A DNA stretch of 63,736 bases, filler included, from Hyphochytrium catenoides (taxonomy: Eukaryota; Protista; Hyphochytriomycota), in NCBI GenBank assembly GCA_900088475.1. It is 12 parts of 12 records of this genome, joined end to end, with 100 filler letters (N's around TTAATTAATTAA, not from the genome) between each part and the next. Parts side by side here need not be neighbours in the genome. Positions count along the whole stretch, not along the records: positions 11,925 to 18,702 come from FLMG01004650.1; positions 18,803 to 27,059 come from FLMG01001893.1; 10 more parts are not named here. One strand, written 5' to 3'. The translations under genes were made by a program, and so were the position numbers. Below are positions 11,825-24,879 of this stretch, in pieces (within the stretch, counting starts at the first letter, position 1; each line of letters begins with the position of its first letter). The notes below the pieces were generated by a model that was not told the DNA's origin, made no database searches, and worked only from the letters and a program-made list of their open reading frames with translations.

Positions 11825-11924
11825 NNNNNNNNNNNNNNNNNNNNNNNNNNNNNNNNNNNNNNNNNNNNTTAATTAATTAANNNNNNNNNNNNNNNNNNNN
11901 NNNNNNNNNNNNNNNNNNNNNNNN
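11825..11924. other. Artificial contig linker (Ns-TTAATTAATTAA-Ns); first of 11
   Basis: The same 100-nt six-frame-stop linker also occurs at 18703-18802, 27060-27159, 40406-40505, 50623-50722, 54416-54515, 56419-56518, 58195-58294, 59862-59961, 61146-61245 and 62327-62426. A plain N gap lies at about 47921-47979. Confidence 0.98.
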
Positions 11925-12055
11925 AAGCGAGAGAGACTTGATCAAGGAGTCATGAGAAGCGAGAGAGACTTGATCAAGGAGTCATGAAAAGCGAGAGAGA
12001 CACTGGGTCAAGGAGTCATGAGAAGCGAGAGAGACACTTGGCCAAGGAGTCATGA
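11925..12055. repeat. Tandem repeat, ~32-34 bp unit, ~4 copies
   Basis: Unit approximately GAAGCGAGAGAGACTTGATCAAGGAGTCATGA. Confidence 0.9.
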
Positions 12056-12848
12056 GAAGCGAAATAGAGATGGTCAATGGTCTCAGAGGAAGTGACTATA
12101 ATGACCTCATACCCTTATCCAACCAATTTAAAGGACTTGAGCTCGCCAACATACCTCAGCCAGCTCTCAAACTCCAGAACTTTAAGGATAACTCCTATAG
12201 AGCATTGCTTACAAGGCTGGGATCCTGACCTACACGTCAAAGAGTCAAGAGAAGCAAGAATGAGATGGTCAATAGTATCAGAAGACTAACTGTAGTGACC
12301 TCATACCCTTATCCAACCAATCAAAGGACTTCAGCTCGCCAACATACCTCAGCCAGCTCTCAAACTCCAGAACTCTAAGAATAACTCCTATAGAGCACTG
12401 CTTACAAGGCTGGGATCCTGACCTACACCTGAAAGGGTCATGAGAAGCAAGAATGAGATGGTCAATAGTCTCAGAAGACTAACTGTAGTGACCTCATACC
12501 CTTATCCAACCAATCAAAGGACTTCAGCTCGCCAACATACCTCCGCCAGCTCTCAACTCCAGAACTTTAAGGATAACTCCTATAGAGCACTGCTTACAAG
12601 GCTGGGATCCTGACCTACACCTGAAAGGGTCATGAGAAGCAAGAATGAGATGGTCAGTAGTCTCAGAAGACTAACTGTTGTGACCTCATACCCTTATCCA
12701 ACCAATCAAAGGACTTCAGCTCGCCAACATACCTCAGCCAGCTCTCAACTCCAGAACTCTAAGAATAACTCCTATAGAGCACTGCTTACAAGGCTGGGAT
12801 CCTGACCTACATCTGAAAGGGTCATGAGAAGCAAGAATGAGATGGTCA
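12056..12848. repeat. Tandem repeat, ~192-195 bp unit, 4 copies
   Basis: Units start at about 12056, 12251, 12444 and 12636 (GAAGC...GAGATGGTC); a partial fifth starts at 12828. Confidence 0.95.
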
Positions 12849-13680
12849 GAGGCCCCGGGAAATCATTTCAGTGACGCACACCATTGTCCGAGAGACGGGA
12901 CTACTGAGGTTATTTATGTATGCAGGGTAGTATACGATGGAGCTCAGCAAATCCACGAATAAAGGCATCGACTGAGTGGTACTTACATGATGCAGATATC
13001 ATCCTAGGATGGGCCAAATACTTGTCTAAATAAGCGATCAACAAGCGGTACTGAAGATATACTTCCCTCTATGCCGTGGGCCTCTCCATCGCTCCTGTCG
13101 TACCCTTGTGAAGAGAAACAGCTCTCACTTCGGAGTGTAAACGCCATCAACCATGGAAAAAGGATGATTCGTGAAACATAAATGTTTGTTCAGCTTAGGG
13201 TTACTTCTACCCTCACGACATCTAAGCCTTGTGTCTCGGATCAAGAAGAAGATTGTCTCTTTTGGTGGATGCTCTCAACAAGAGAGATCGAGAGCGAGAC
13301 AAGTGCTGTCGAAACGTTATATTATCGAACTTCCTTCAACGAAACTTCCTTTGCTGTAACACATGAGAATTGTTCGTTACTCTTAGAAAATGGCACCTGG
13401 AGGAGATCTGACGAGGTCGGCAATCTACAAATCCAAGCGGATTATTGGAAGCAATACAAAGAAGCTTGATGACCAGTGACAGAAGATTTCAGAGGATGTG
13501 CCGTCAATACATTTTTGAGACTGGCGGACTGCTTATCAAGGCGTAATCTTGCCTAGAACAGCCACTAGCCACCTGCTGCTAAGCGTACAACATAGAAGGT
13601 TTCAACTCGAAAGAGGCAACTGCGTTCTGGTGTTTGATTAACTGTTAATACCCATCATAAAGAAGCAGACACCTCTTTAG

Positions 13681-16600
13681 ATGATGATCGAAGAAGACGT
13701 GTATAGCAGTACCTCGTCTGATGACAGCATCCGAGGCCTACCTTTGTACACTGCTGGCGAGGAAGAAGAGCTACAAAAAGTTCCATCTGAAGGTGATGGG
13801 GACAAAAGAGACGACAAAAGCTGTGAAGTTGATTCTGGCGTTCAGCATCATCGGCGCGCAGCAACAATTTCTACGGCTATAGACAATAATGTTGGCCTTG
13901 ATGGAGTATCTTCTCGAGATGTCGATGACTCTCACGGGGAGGGAGCAGAGGAAAAAAGCCAACCCCAGCACATCGGTGAGTTGTCATAGGTACTCATCGG
14001 CGTTACTAGCCATCCTATGACTATTTATAGAAGGCACTAAGGCGCTTTTTAGAGGTGAGTGTCTACCGCTTCGATGGGCCTCCCAAAAAGTCTATCATGG
14101 CATCTTCGCTGCCACCTTCCTGTGCGCCTTGGAGAGATTTTCTTGGAGTACCGCCGGCTATTATACCACTGCAGCCATCAGGCAGAAATAGGATAGCTGA
14201 AGGCATTCTCGTAGACCAAGAGACCACCGGTAGGTTAGAAAGGACCCGGAACATTTATCATTCTGCTTGCATTAACGGTACACTCAAGAATGCAATTGAT
14301 CTTCTGGGGAATTTCGACTGATATCGTAACGCACAGAGGACGGACTTTCTATCGCGTGGATTAGATTGACAAGGGTTATAGGTGAAGGCTATAAACCCCA
14401 AGCGAGACATGTCCCTCCTCGCCTACTCCGTTTTCGCGAGGCCTCCCGGCTTAACCCTTTTCTCAAGTATGACACTAGAGGAGTCGACACGAATGAAGGC
14501 TTCATTCCTCTGATCCCAAGAGACTTAGGTACGGAGTTTTTGCTTGACGAGCTTCTTGCCGCCTAATTCTCATGTACTATCATCTCCCATTAGAGTTCGG
14601 CACTGTTTTCCCTTGGCCTGCGCGACATGTTGTCTTAAAGGCATCGTACGGCCGTCGAGAGATCTGGGGAGAAGATCAAGAATTTTCCATGGCACCCATC
14701 CCCTTATCAAACCGAAGCAAGCTAAAGATACCGGGTATCTCGGGCCATCACAGCTTGGGCTACTGCGAGCTTGTCGGCGAAGAAGGTTTATACGAAAATT
14801 CCTATCTACTTTGGAAAGGAGCTCTCCTAAAACTGTGCCTGTCATGTAGCTCTACAAACCCTCGCGGAGAATGACGAGCCCGTTGCGTTGCCGCCAGGAT
14901 GGATTTTTGTTCGCCTAACAAGAGATCCGGTCCCAGCCATGCAGGACTATGCTGCATATTACAAGGAAGTGATGGCGGGAAGCCCTGAAGGTTCTATCCC
15001 CCGAGAGATAAAGAAGCTTTTCGGGGGGGTTGACGGCAATCGTCTTGAAGGAGCGTCTAAAGGAGATATCTTACCGTGGAAGAAGGAAAAACTTCGTCCG
15101 AAGAAGACCGTTAAAGGCAGCAAGGGACGACCTAAGAAGGAAGAGGCTGAGGAGGAGGATGGCATTAACGCTGTATTACGTGCCTTTCGTTATCTCAACA
15201 AAGGATCCAACAAGGCCTACTATTCGCTGGTAAGCCAATTTTCTCGGAGTATCCCTAGGAAGGTACCCGACTAAACTAAGCCCGTCTATCAGTTACTTTA
15301 CAGTGATCCGGACATTGGCAAGGGTAGTACTTGCCTATACAGTGGCACTTGTCCAAGCATTGAGCTTGTCAAAGCGGTTACCCCTGTGTTGAATGTTCTG
15401 CGCGTTAATGGTCAATCCGCAGCCAAGCCCACAATTGCGGAGTTAGAGAATTTAACCGATATGGAGCTTAGTACTCTTCAGCTTTTATTGAATCCAGGTG
15501 TGCGGCCTGTAATAGGAGGAAGGAACGCCGTCATCCAGAAGATTTTCCGACGCTATGGAGAAGAATTTGATAAAACAACGAGGAGCTCGGGTCCAGATAG
15601 AGAGAGCACCGAAGGGGCCGCCGTAGGGTCCACACTATCTAGTGCTAACTCTTCTGAAGAGGCAGGAGGAGATCATCCTACACCTAGGGGCTCGGGCCAT
15701 CTTGAACGATGCAGGGATAATCATCAAGCCATAGAGGACTCTGATCGAGACTATCGCCCGGGACGAGCAGTAACACAGGATACTCCAAGGGTAATGGAAA
15801 AAGGAAGAGGTAGCAGAAAGGTGGACGCTGGTACGTCTCAAGCTCACAATAGCCTTTTTTTGTATATGTCATCCTTCGACACAACTGACTCGACATTTTA
15901 ATCCCCTTACCGTATAACTGCTACAGCTGCCTCTAATAGTTGCGTTAGCAAGAAGAGGGACGACAGTGCTGTAGAGGCGAGCAATGCCAATACTCGGCGA
16001 GTTAAAGCAAAAATTTCCGGCGATGCTGAACGCCGCACGCGGAAAACCAGGGCTCCAATTGGTGACTTGGTCATGTGTTTAGTCTTTCGTTATGTTCCAT
16101 GTTAACGCTTATGTTTATGTCATATGCAGCACCATCTGACAAGGATTGCAGACAGTGGCTCAAAAAGACCGGTGTCAAGGGCAACAATATTGTTTTACCG
16201 ATGTTCCTTGCCTCCTTCTTCCGGACGAGAGACGGCTCTGCTGGGACTAGGCCATTGGTAACCGGCTTTATACAGGGGCCGCTGAGAAATCAAAGAGTAA
16301 GTCCGCCGCCGTCGACATAAATATAATCACACTGGGCTAATTTTTCGCTCTACGCATGTGGTGAACGCTACAGACTCCAGTGCTTCTAGCGGTTTATAAC
16401 TTAGCGCATAAGTTCTATGGAGCCAACCACAGAAGCTTAGTTACTCTCACTTCTTCTAGGTTGTCCGGTGGGTAATGTTCACTCCCACGAAGCTCAATCC
16501 TATCTTCTCCTCTCTTCATCTGACTGACCAAGTAATCATCGACTTTCTCTGTCTGCAGCCAGCTATGCAGCCCCGAATACTCGGACCTTCTATAGTTGGT

Positions 16601-18259
16601 TGAGGGCGGACAAGAAGATCTTGGAGAAGTACCTGCGCGCTTTTGATGCGTGCATTTGCGCAGAGGCAAGAAGACTAGACCAGGTTTCCAAAGCAGCTAA
16701 GAGTGAAGAGTTGAACAATACGAACGAAGCAGAGACCGAGGAGAGGATTGAAACTCTAGAGAGAAACACGGAGACGGCCAAGCAGGAACTTCTACTCCAC
16801 CTGAAAAACACCAACCACCTACAGGCACTAGAACATGCTCGAGTCGTCTTAGTTGATGATGCATTCAATATCCCTGCTGGGCTCATATGGCTGTTAATGA
16901 GTATCGTCAAGCCGTCTCGGGAAGGTGAATGCAGTAGGATATTACTCTTTGGAGATCCAGCACAGGTGCGGCCGTACTAATATCTTTTTAGGATTCACAA
17001 AAGACTTGGCCAGGATGATGGTGCTGACATTTATTTTATAAGCTGAACTTTGCTGGGACATATCAATCTCTCGGAAACAATCTCCTCTTGCTAGAGCGAT
17101 GGTGCAAGGGTGATGAAAGTTGTGAACATATAGGCAGGGTTGTACTGGATGATGTAGTTCCCAAGGTGAGCAACTTCTTTTTCGTTACAAGCCTTCAAGC
17201 GTCCTTACTAAGCAACTCTGTGTGCTTCTGTCTTTATAGCGAAGTCCTGGATTACGGGGATTGCCGAGCACGCTGCTCAAATGCGCTAGAGAGAAGTCGA
17301 TTGACGCAATGCCTCCCAAACTGAGACAAGTTCTTTGTGACAAAATAGTCGTCTATGCTGCCGAGGGAAATCCTTTGCAGAGAGCTGGCGATGACCTCTG
17401 TAAACTTGCGGCTGTCCTGCAAAGACTGATTAAACCTTATGCGCATCCACATGATGACCCACCACCTATGATCCTTGCAGAAGCGTCCACAAAGGATATC
17501 ATTGAGACTCATCGCTCTCAGATGGTGACGCTTCCTGCAAGGGATACTCTGAATGTGATGGCCCTCAACATTCACACCGGCTCAAAAGCAGGTGAGGCCG
17601 CGATAACCCTGAACTCCATTGACTGGAGCTCAACCGTCATCGGACCCAATGACTTAAAGACTCGCATAGAGCTGGATACGTGCTTAGCAGAGACCAATTT
17701 GGTGTCTAAGCTTCAGCTACGGATTGGGGCGAGAGTAGTCTTCACCGTCAGAACTCTGGGAAAGGGTGTTGCAGCCGGCCTTCCCAAGGATATCGCAATT
17801 GGAACGTTCGCAACGGTCACAGGGATTGACGAGGTTAAAGGAGAACTTAGGGTTCTTCTAGATTCTTCACGTCTTAATGGCCAAGGACTCAGAACTGAAG
17901 TTGTGGTGCATAAGGTGCGAAAAGAGCCGTACTCCGCTCCGAGAGAGTTTCCAGGAGGCTGCAGCAGGACGCAGTACCCGGTGCAGTTGGGCTACAGTCT
18001 AACATATCTCCAGAGCAGCGGAATGAGGTTTAAACATGTACTTCTCTTCCTCAACAAACCAGAGAGGAGTGGATCTCTTGCCACGGCTCTGGACAGGGCT
18101 ACAGAGCCAGATGGCCTTAAGATTTTGCTAGCCATCGGTGCCGGTGATAGGTTAGATAAGGAAACCCAGCAGCTCGAGCACATGAAGTGGCTGATCCGAA
18201 ACGCTAATAGGCCCACAAGCGAGAGATTTCTGGACACTTTTTTTGATCGAGAGGTATAG
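13681..18259 (+). CDS. Large multi-exon protein with C-terminal PIF1-family helicase-like domain (ATPase motifs degenerate)
   Basis: Spliced in phase: FIQGPLRNQR/TPVLL (motif I position), LVTLTSSRLSA (Ia), TRTFYSWL (Ib), VVLVDDAFNI (II), ILLFGDPAQ/L (III), LQLRIGARVVFT, RTQYPVQLGYSLTYLQSSG (V), GSLATALDRAT (VI). The 5' end is uncertain; frames at 13182-13600 are interrupted. Confidence 0.75.
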
Positions 18260-18651
18260 CCTTAGCTCTGATTAGTCTAATCAATGTTGCACAAACTTTA
18301 GAAACAAAGGTGGTAGTCGTCTTGGTATATGTACATCCCGGCAATGTCGCCAAACTATCCTTTGGCATTAAGCTTTCTATTCTTGGTATATGTCATCAAG
18401 AAAGGAACACATCTCTGCAACAAGGAACTGCTTCAGGCTGCTTGAAGAAAGACGAAATCTGAGCGCTGAGTTTGAAGGTGGTTAGCGTAAAGCAGAGGGT
18501 TAGGCTTACCAAGAGCCTTCCTTATCCGCAAGATTCTCTGAGGGTTCTATACCGAACCTTGGTGTCGACTTGTGCCAGCCCATTAAAGCTTGGCATCATC
18601 ATCACCTATCAGTAGTAACGAGCAGAAACCGTCCCTGCTGGATTCGGCTTG

Positions 18652-18702
18652 TGATGATGTCCTCTTATTGCAAATAAGATCATTATCACTTGACAATATC
18701 CG
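18652..18702. repeat. Short hairpin repeat shared with 63607-63657
   Basis: TGAT(G/A)ATGTCCTCTTATTGC(A/C)AATAAGATCATTATCACTTGACAATATCCG; two substitutions between the copies. Confidence 0.9.
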
Positions 18703-19243
18703 NNNNNNNNNNNNNNNNNNNNNNNNNNNNNNNNNNNNNNNNNNNNTTAATTAATTAANNNNNNNNNNNNNNNNNNNNNNNNNNNNNNNNNNNNNNNNNN
18801 NNAGAGAGAGAGAGAGAGAGAACGAGAGAGAGGAAGCTTGATGCCCAAAGCCGTGCGGTGTCAGTGACCAAATCTTGGTATCTCCCCATAGTGATTCTTA
18901 TCCATCTAAAGCCATATTACTACTGAGGCTTTACTATATTCTGCCACAGCCAAAGCGAGAATTATTACTATGGGCAGGACCTTGCACCACCCTCCTCCGA
19001 AACGTCACAATCGCCAGAGCTCCCCTCGGAAGTGCGTGATGTACCTCTCTTTTTCTCTCTCCCTCTCTCTTCTCTCTCTCTGTCTCTCTCTCCTCTCTGT
19101 CTCTCTGTCTCTCTCTCTCTTTCTCTCCCTCCTTTTTTCTCTCTCTCTGCTCTCTCTCTTTACTCAGAGGAGATCTACTCTCTCGCTCTCGCTCTCGCTT
19201 CGTCTCTCTCTCTCTTAGCTTCCTCCTCTCATCATCTTCAATC

Positions 19244-22200
19244 TCACAGTGGCTGCAATGGGTAAGCTGCCTGTGCAGCGGTCCAGACCTGAGAGACAGA
19301 CCCTGAGAATCTGAGATATTTCCCCACCTCATCCTCTTCGTCCCCAAGCTTAAAGGCCTCTAGGTTCACCGAAAGCCGGCCATTTGTCCTCTTCGTCCAC
19401 CGATGAAGTGGAAGTAGGCTCTGCCACGGCTGATTACTCGCCAACGTACGGGCACTATCAGTGCTCCATCTGTGTATTAGCTATGTGAGTGAAAGCCCAT
19501 GTTTGTTCGTGCCTTGTTAGGTGGAATGAGTGCCAGTTCCTAGCGCGGCACTAGACGAGAAGAGGTGATATACAAGGAGCTGGTAGAGGTCAGGACATTG
19601 AGAAGAGGATGAAGGCTAGGTTTGTCCAAGCCTGGACGGAGATCAGCGGAATATTTTGGTGTCCAAAGAGAGAGAAGTTGAGGAACGAACCTTAAAGATA
19701 GTCGCTGCTCGAGCTCTATAGTCCTTCATCGTGGCGGCTGTGTAGCCGCAGCAGCGAAGAGTTTCACGTTCAACCCAATGTTAGATGTAGAAAGAGATAG
19801 AACAAAAAGAAAGGGACACAAAGACCCACAGAAGTTGAAGGCTCAGATGAACGAGGAGAGGCGGAAACTCATCCAAGTTGAAGTGTCACAGCTTGATTTC
19901 TGCCCCTGAAAAAGGAGGCCGAAAGTGGCACGAGGGTGATAGAACCATGAACTAGCGCTTTGCACTCCTACCTGCTGAGCTTCTCTTCTCCTGGAGCTTG
20001 TCCATCATCTTCTCCTTCGTCAAACCGCCTACGACAGTCATTGATCTCTCTCTCATCTCTCCAAGGCTGTTCTTCGTAGTAACCAATTGAAGCTTCTTTA
20101 GCATCATTGAGCTTCGCCTTGGTACCTCTGCCACAGACCAAGCCTTGCCAGTGCAATGCTGCTTCCCAGCCAATGGAAATAGGCGGTGGTAGACGTCTTC
20201 ACCACTAGAACTCTCCATCTATTAGAAGCGAGAGAAAAGGTTATCGGGTGTCAAAGGTACCTCGACAAGTTACAAGCTTTATAGAAAGATCCCCGTCGTC
20301 ATCAGTCAAGCCAAGAAGGGGAGAAAAAAAAGGAGGGAGAGAGTATATATTCGCAAAGGAGGAAAAGGAGTTCCTACAAAGTCTATCCGTATCTGGCTGT
20401 TTATGGTCAGGGAGGCGCCATGCAGTGCCTCCCCAATTTCTTCAGGACTCAGGTCGAGCCGCAGTTTCAGACATAGGCGATAGGCATCATAGACACCCCA
20501 TTTGGCGGTGGGATGCAGAGTTAACACGTCCTGGCAGGACAGATGAAATAAGACACAGATTGCATGGTGCGACCATAGTCACGAGAAGAGGGTGACAAGA
20601 GCTAAGCTGGTCAGGACTTGCTCGTGTCTTGTCAGGGAAGTTAAAGCGCAACAATCTGTAGACAACTATTGCCATATTGAAAAACAAGGAAAACCATCGT
20701 ATGGAGATAGAGAGTGAGGCGAAGAAGCGGAAACCCCTGCCGCTAGCCAGGTATCAGCATACCTGGAGATAGAGAGAGAGATCTTCGGGTGCTCCAGTCA
20801 AGAAGTGGGAGAAGTCCTTCAGCACTTGAATCTGCTGCACAAAGGTCTTGGGCTCAGTATACCTTGAACACGGAACAAGAGTACATGGAACAGATATAAG
20901 GTATTTAGTCCTGAGCAAGGTAGCAGCTGATTGCCGCCTCAAGACCCGAACACTCTTACTTCTCAAATGTCTCTTTGAGAATATGGATATCTCTCTCCAG
21001 CTTCTGCCCGGCGTCAGGACGCAGCTTATACTTGGTGAGGGAGTTAGAGTTTGCCCTGCAGCGATGACAAAGACGGCCCAAATCAGCAGAAGGAAGCGCC
21101 GAGACACGGAAAGAGGAGAGATAGTATGTTATACAAGCCAACACGGAAGTGGGGCCATAAACAAGTAGATCAGAACGGCTCATAAGAGAGCCAGACATTA
21201 TGTAGGGCCAAGTCATTGTCTACCTATAAATGCGAACCATCACCTTCACGTAGGAGACGACGACCTTGTCCATAGCGGTAGCCAAAAGGCGATGAAGATA
21301 AAGGGGAGAGAGCGAACCCACGGCGTTCCCTACACCTTCGTCGATCGCTGTCTCTATCTTCTGGCGAAAGGTGCAGTCCTCATTGTACCAAGACTCAACA
21401 AAGAGGCAAAGAGAGAGCGACTCTTCCAGGTGATGCAACAATTCTTCCGTCAGACACCTTAGAATCCTCAGTCCTTGAGACTGCAGCCCAGTTTGTAGGC
21501 TCGAAATCTGAGATTCTGAGGTATTAAAAAGAAAAAGAGGAGGTGAGTAGCCAACGAAGACGGACAGGGGAATTTTGGGCTTAGAGGTGATACTCGGTAC
21601 AATCGGACTAATCGTAGATCCTCTGCCGGTCAAACTCACTCCTCCCCTGCTATCCACCCAGGCCTGTCTTCATTGTCTTAGATAACGAGCAAGGACGAGA
21701 GCATGGACCATAAGCTCTTTTCCCTCTTCCTTGCAATGATCAGTTCCCGACTCCCATGTCTTAAGACCTTCTCTCTCTCTCTCTCTCTACCATCTGTCAT
21801 TCTCTCGACCCAGCTGTTCTTCGTTCTCCCTCTTCCTCGTTGTTCCTACCAGGAAGATTGGAAAAGCTGTCTAGCTTGACCATACAATCCGCAATGTCAT
21901 TCAATAAGGCGATCATCAGCTCGGCCCACTTCCGCGCCTTCTCTTCTCTTTCCACCCAGTCGGCTAGGTCCGAATAGAAGTTAAGAAAAGCCTCCAGACA
22001 AGCGGCAACAATCGCAGAGCTTAGAACATCACTACGCGCCTCCTGAGCCACCTCTACCTAGACACAGCGTTTGGCCGGATGAGGCGCGTCGGAAAAATGA
22101 AAGTGATGAACCGAATGGGAAAGAGGACTTCACGGTCAAAGGAAGAGCTAAGTGTACATGCGGACAGCTAGAACAACCACGAAGAGATGCTCTTAGAAGA

Positions 22201-24010
22201 TAGTCAGTCATAGTGAAACAAAGTACAAAGCCTTCAGCTGTACTAACCTGGGCCGTCAGCATAGCAAAGAGATCTATTGACCCTGGTGTCTGAAAAAGGT
22301 CCATGTTCTGGACGAAGATACCCTCCTTCTCTGCTTGGTCCACGTCCTTAGCCGGGCCCTGCAGCTTTTCCTTCAATCGAGTGGCGCCCTTAGTCAGCAG
22401 AGAAACAGCTGATCTCGCGTAGAGGTTCGCTACCCATTGCAGCTTCGTCTTGGCATGTTCGAGCCGAGCAGGCAAAAGCCGTGGAAGCTGATCTGGTCTC
22501 TCTCCTGGCACAGCTGGTGTTAGGGACAACATGGTGGGCTGAGAAGAGTGAGGAAGACCGGTGTAAGGGTCGTTCGTGGCTTGTGCTAGTTTCTTTTCCA
22601 TCTCTCTAAGATAGAGAGCGGTGATCATCGTTGGAAGGGAAGTTCGGCTGAGTAGAGAAGAACCTTCGGTTCCTCCATGATCTACCATCTCTATCGCCCT
22701 CTCCATCAGTGAGACATGACGCTGCAGCAGCCCGCCGACAACGAGAAGACTCTCTGGCGTCATACCCTGCAGCCTTTCAGGAGAGAAAAAGAGTAGGCCG
22801 AGTGCTGCGGAGACTTGATAGCTAAGATCATTCATAAGCATGAGTCTGTTCCGTCTCCCTGCATGATCCTGCAGCTCTGCAATAAGAGGGAGAAAGTCCT
22901 CTAGCATGTCCAAAAGATGAGAGCAGCAAGGCATCACTCTCTCCACACCCTCGGTATCACAATCCCTGAACACTCTGTCTAACAGTTCGAGGGTACTTCT
23001 TCCTCGTTCTTGCTCACTCAGGGAGCAAATCACCTCGAGAAGAGAGGGTTCTCTCTTGTCAAGGTCCTCTGTTTCTCCAAGGAAAGAATCTTTGGACGCC
23101 AGAGAGGGAGACCGAGAACCGCCTACAACGCTAACCGAGTTACTCGCTCCATTCTCCTCTTCGTGCTTTCCTCCTTCAAGAGTCCTGGCCAGCCGAATCT
23201 CTTTAATCCACTGCAGCGCTTGCTTCTCATCGGGCGCATAGAGAAAGAGGAGACGATCAGGGAAAGATAATTTGAAGCCTCCAAATCTATCAGTCGCCGT
23301 GACCCTCGTCTCATCGTCCAGTTTTCTTAGGTCCATCTTGCCCTGCGGTGGACCGACTCCTCCTTTCTCTGGATCATAGTACTGCAGGGACCTAAGGCAC
23401 AACGAGATATGGATAAGCAAAGAGCGCGACCAAAGCACGTGTAGACCAAGAGATGTGAAAGCCAAATCAGTGCAGCTTGTCAAAGAGCAGCAACAGTTGC
23501 GGAGCGTCAGAGACCAAGACCGAGCCTTCTTCACTCGATTGCTCACCTGCCACTGATCTTGAAGTACCTCTGCTGCCAGATCCCTATTCAAGGTAGAGAA
23601 AGAGACAAAAGTTGCAGCGGGCGAAAAGTGGGCGAAGCCCAAGGTAGAAAAGATTCAGGATTGTCAGGAGAGAGAAGGATGGAGAGAAGAGACGCAGAGA
23701 GGGGAGAAGAGAGAGAGAGAGAAAGAGAGAATAGAAAGAAGTGGAAGAGAGAGAGAGAGAGAGAGAGTCAGAAAGAAAGTCTGAGGTAACCAAGAAAGAG
23801 AGAGTGATGAAGGGGGCGGGAGAAGCGGAGAGCAGCGAGAAGAAGTGGACGAGGTGGGTAACACCTGAAGATGGCTAACTGGTGAGAGAGCGAGAGTAAG
23901 AGCGAGAGTGGTCGTCCGAGGAGTTTACCAGTCCGGGATCTCTTCTTAAGCAATCCCTCCATCGCTCAATCTACAGAGCTTACTGACAAACTAGGAGAAC
24001 CCGCGGCACC
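19244..24010 (-). CDS. PH-domain + Sec6/EXOC3-like helical protein (multi-exon; ends approximate)
   Basis: Spliced PH domain: EGLLKKRSRTG/IWQQRYFKISGR/SLQYYDPEK...GKMDL...LFLYAPDEKQALQWIKEI. Followed by Sec6-like segments FQTPGSIDLFAMLTAQV, ELMIALLNDIADC, LFVESWY, LHRLLATAMDKVVVSYVKVM, QKLERDIHILKETF. Confidence 0.62.
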
Positions 24011-24828
24011 CTGATACCATTCCCTAGATTGAGTTTGTACGTACGTAGTAGAGAGACAGAAAGAAAGAGAGAGAGAGACAGAGAGAGAGAGACAGAGAGA
24101 GAGAGAGAGGGAGAGAGAGAAAGGGAGAGAGAGAACGAAAGGGAGAGAGGCGATAAGAGGGATAGGTGGCGAAGCCAATGGGTGTTAGACGTCCTTTATC
24201 AAAGTGAAGGCAAGAGGGGCATCTTAGAGCGAAGGCGGTGGCAAAGGTTCCTCGTCTCTTCCCTAAGAAGACTTAGGAAGACTCTGCCGAGGATCTCAGC
24301 AAAGAGATGTTCATTCCTGCTCCCTCCCTGGCTTTCCCCTTCTGATCATCCTTCTCTGACTCCTTTCTCAAACACCTCCCTCTGTCTGTCTCTCTGTCTC
24401 TCTCTCTCACTCCACCTCTCCCTGTCCTCTCTTTTCTCCCTCTCTTTCTCTCTCCTGCTCTCTCGCCCTCGTCCTTCCCTTTGCTCTCACTCTCTCTGTC
24501 TCTCCCTCCCTCACTTTCTGTCTTTCCTTTTCTCTGTCTCTTCTCCCGCTTGTCTCTCTCTCTCTCTCCTCTCTTTCTCTCTCTCTCTCTCTAGTTCTCT
24601 CTCTACTTCCCAGTCATTCTCTCTTCTTTTCCAACGCTGACCTCCTCCTCCTCCTCCTTCCTTTCTCTTGTCCCTTCCCTGCACCTCGTACCTCTTCAGC
24701 TCTCCATCCAGCCGCTAACGGCCGAGGTGACCATAACGGACGTACAACTGTAAGGTTCTTCCTTCCTTTCTTCCTCTGCCTTCCTACCTCTAAAGGCTAG
24801 TGGCCGACCTGGGAAGGTAAGAGGAACA

Positions 24829-24879
<51 letters not shown>

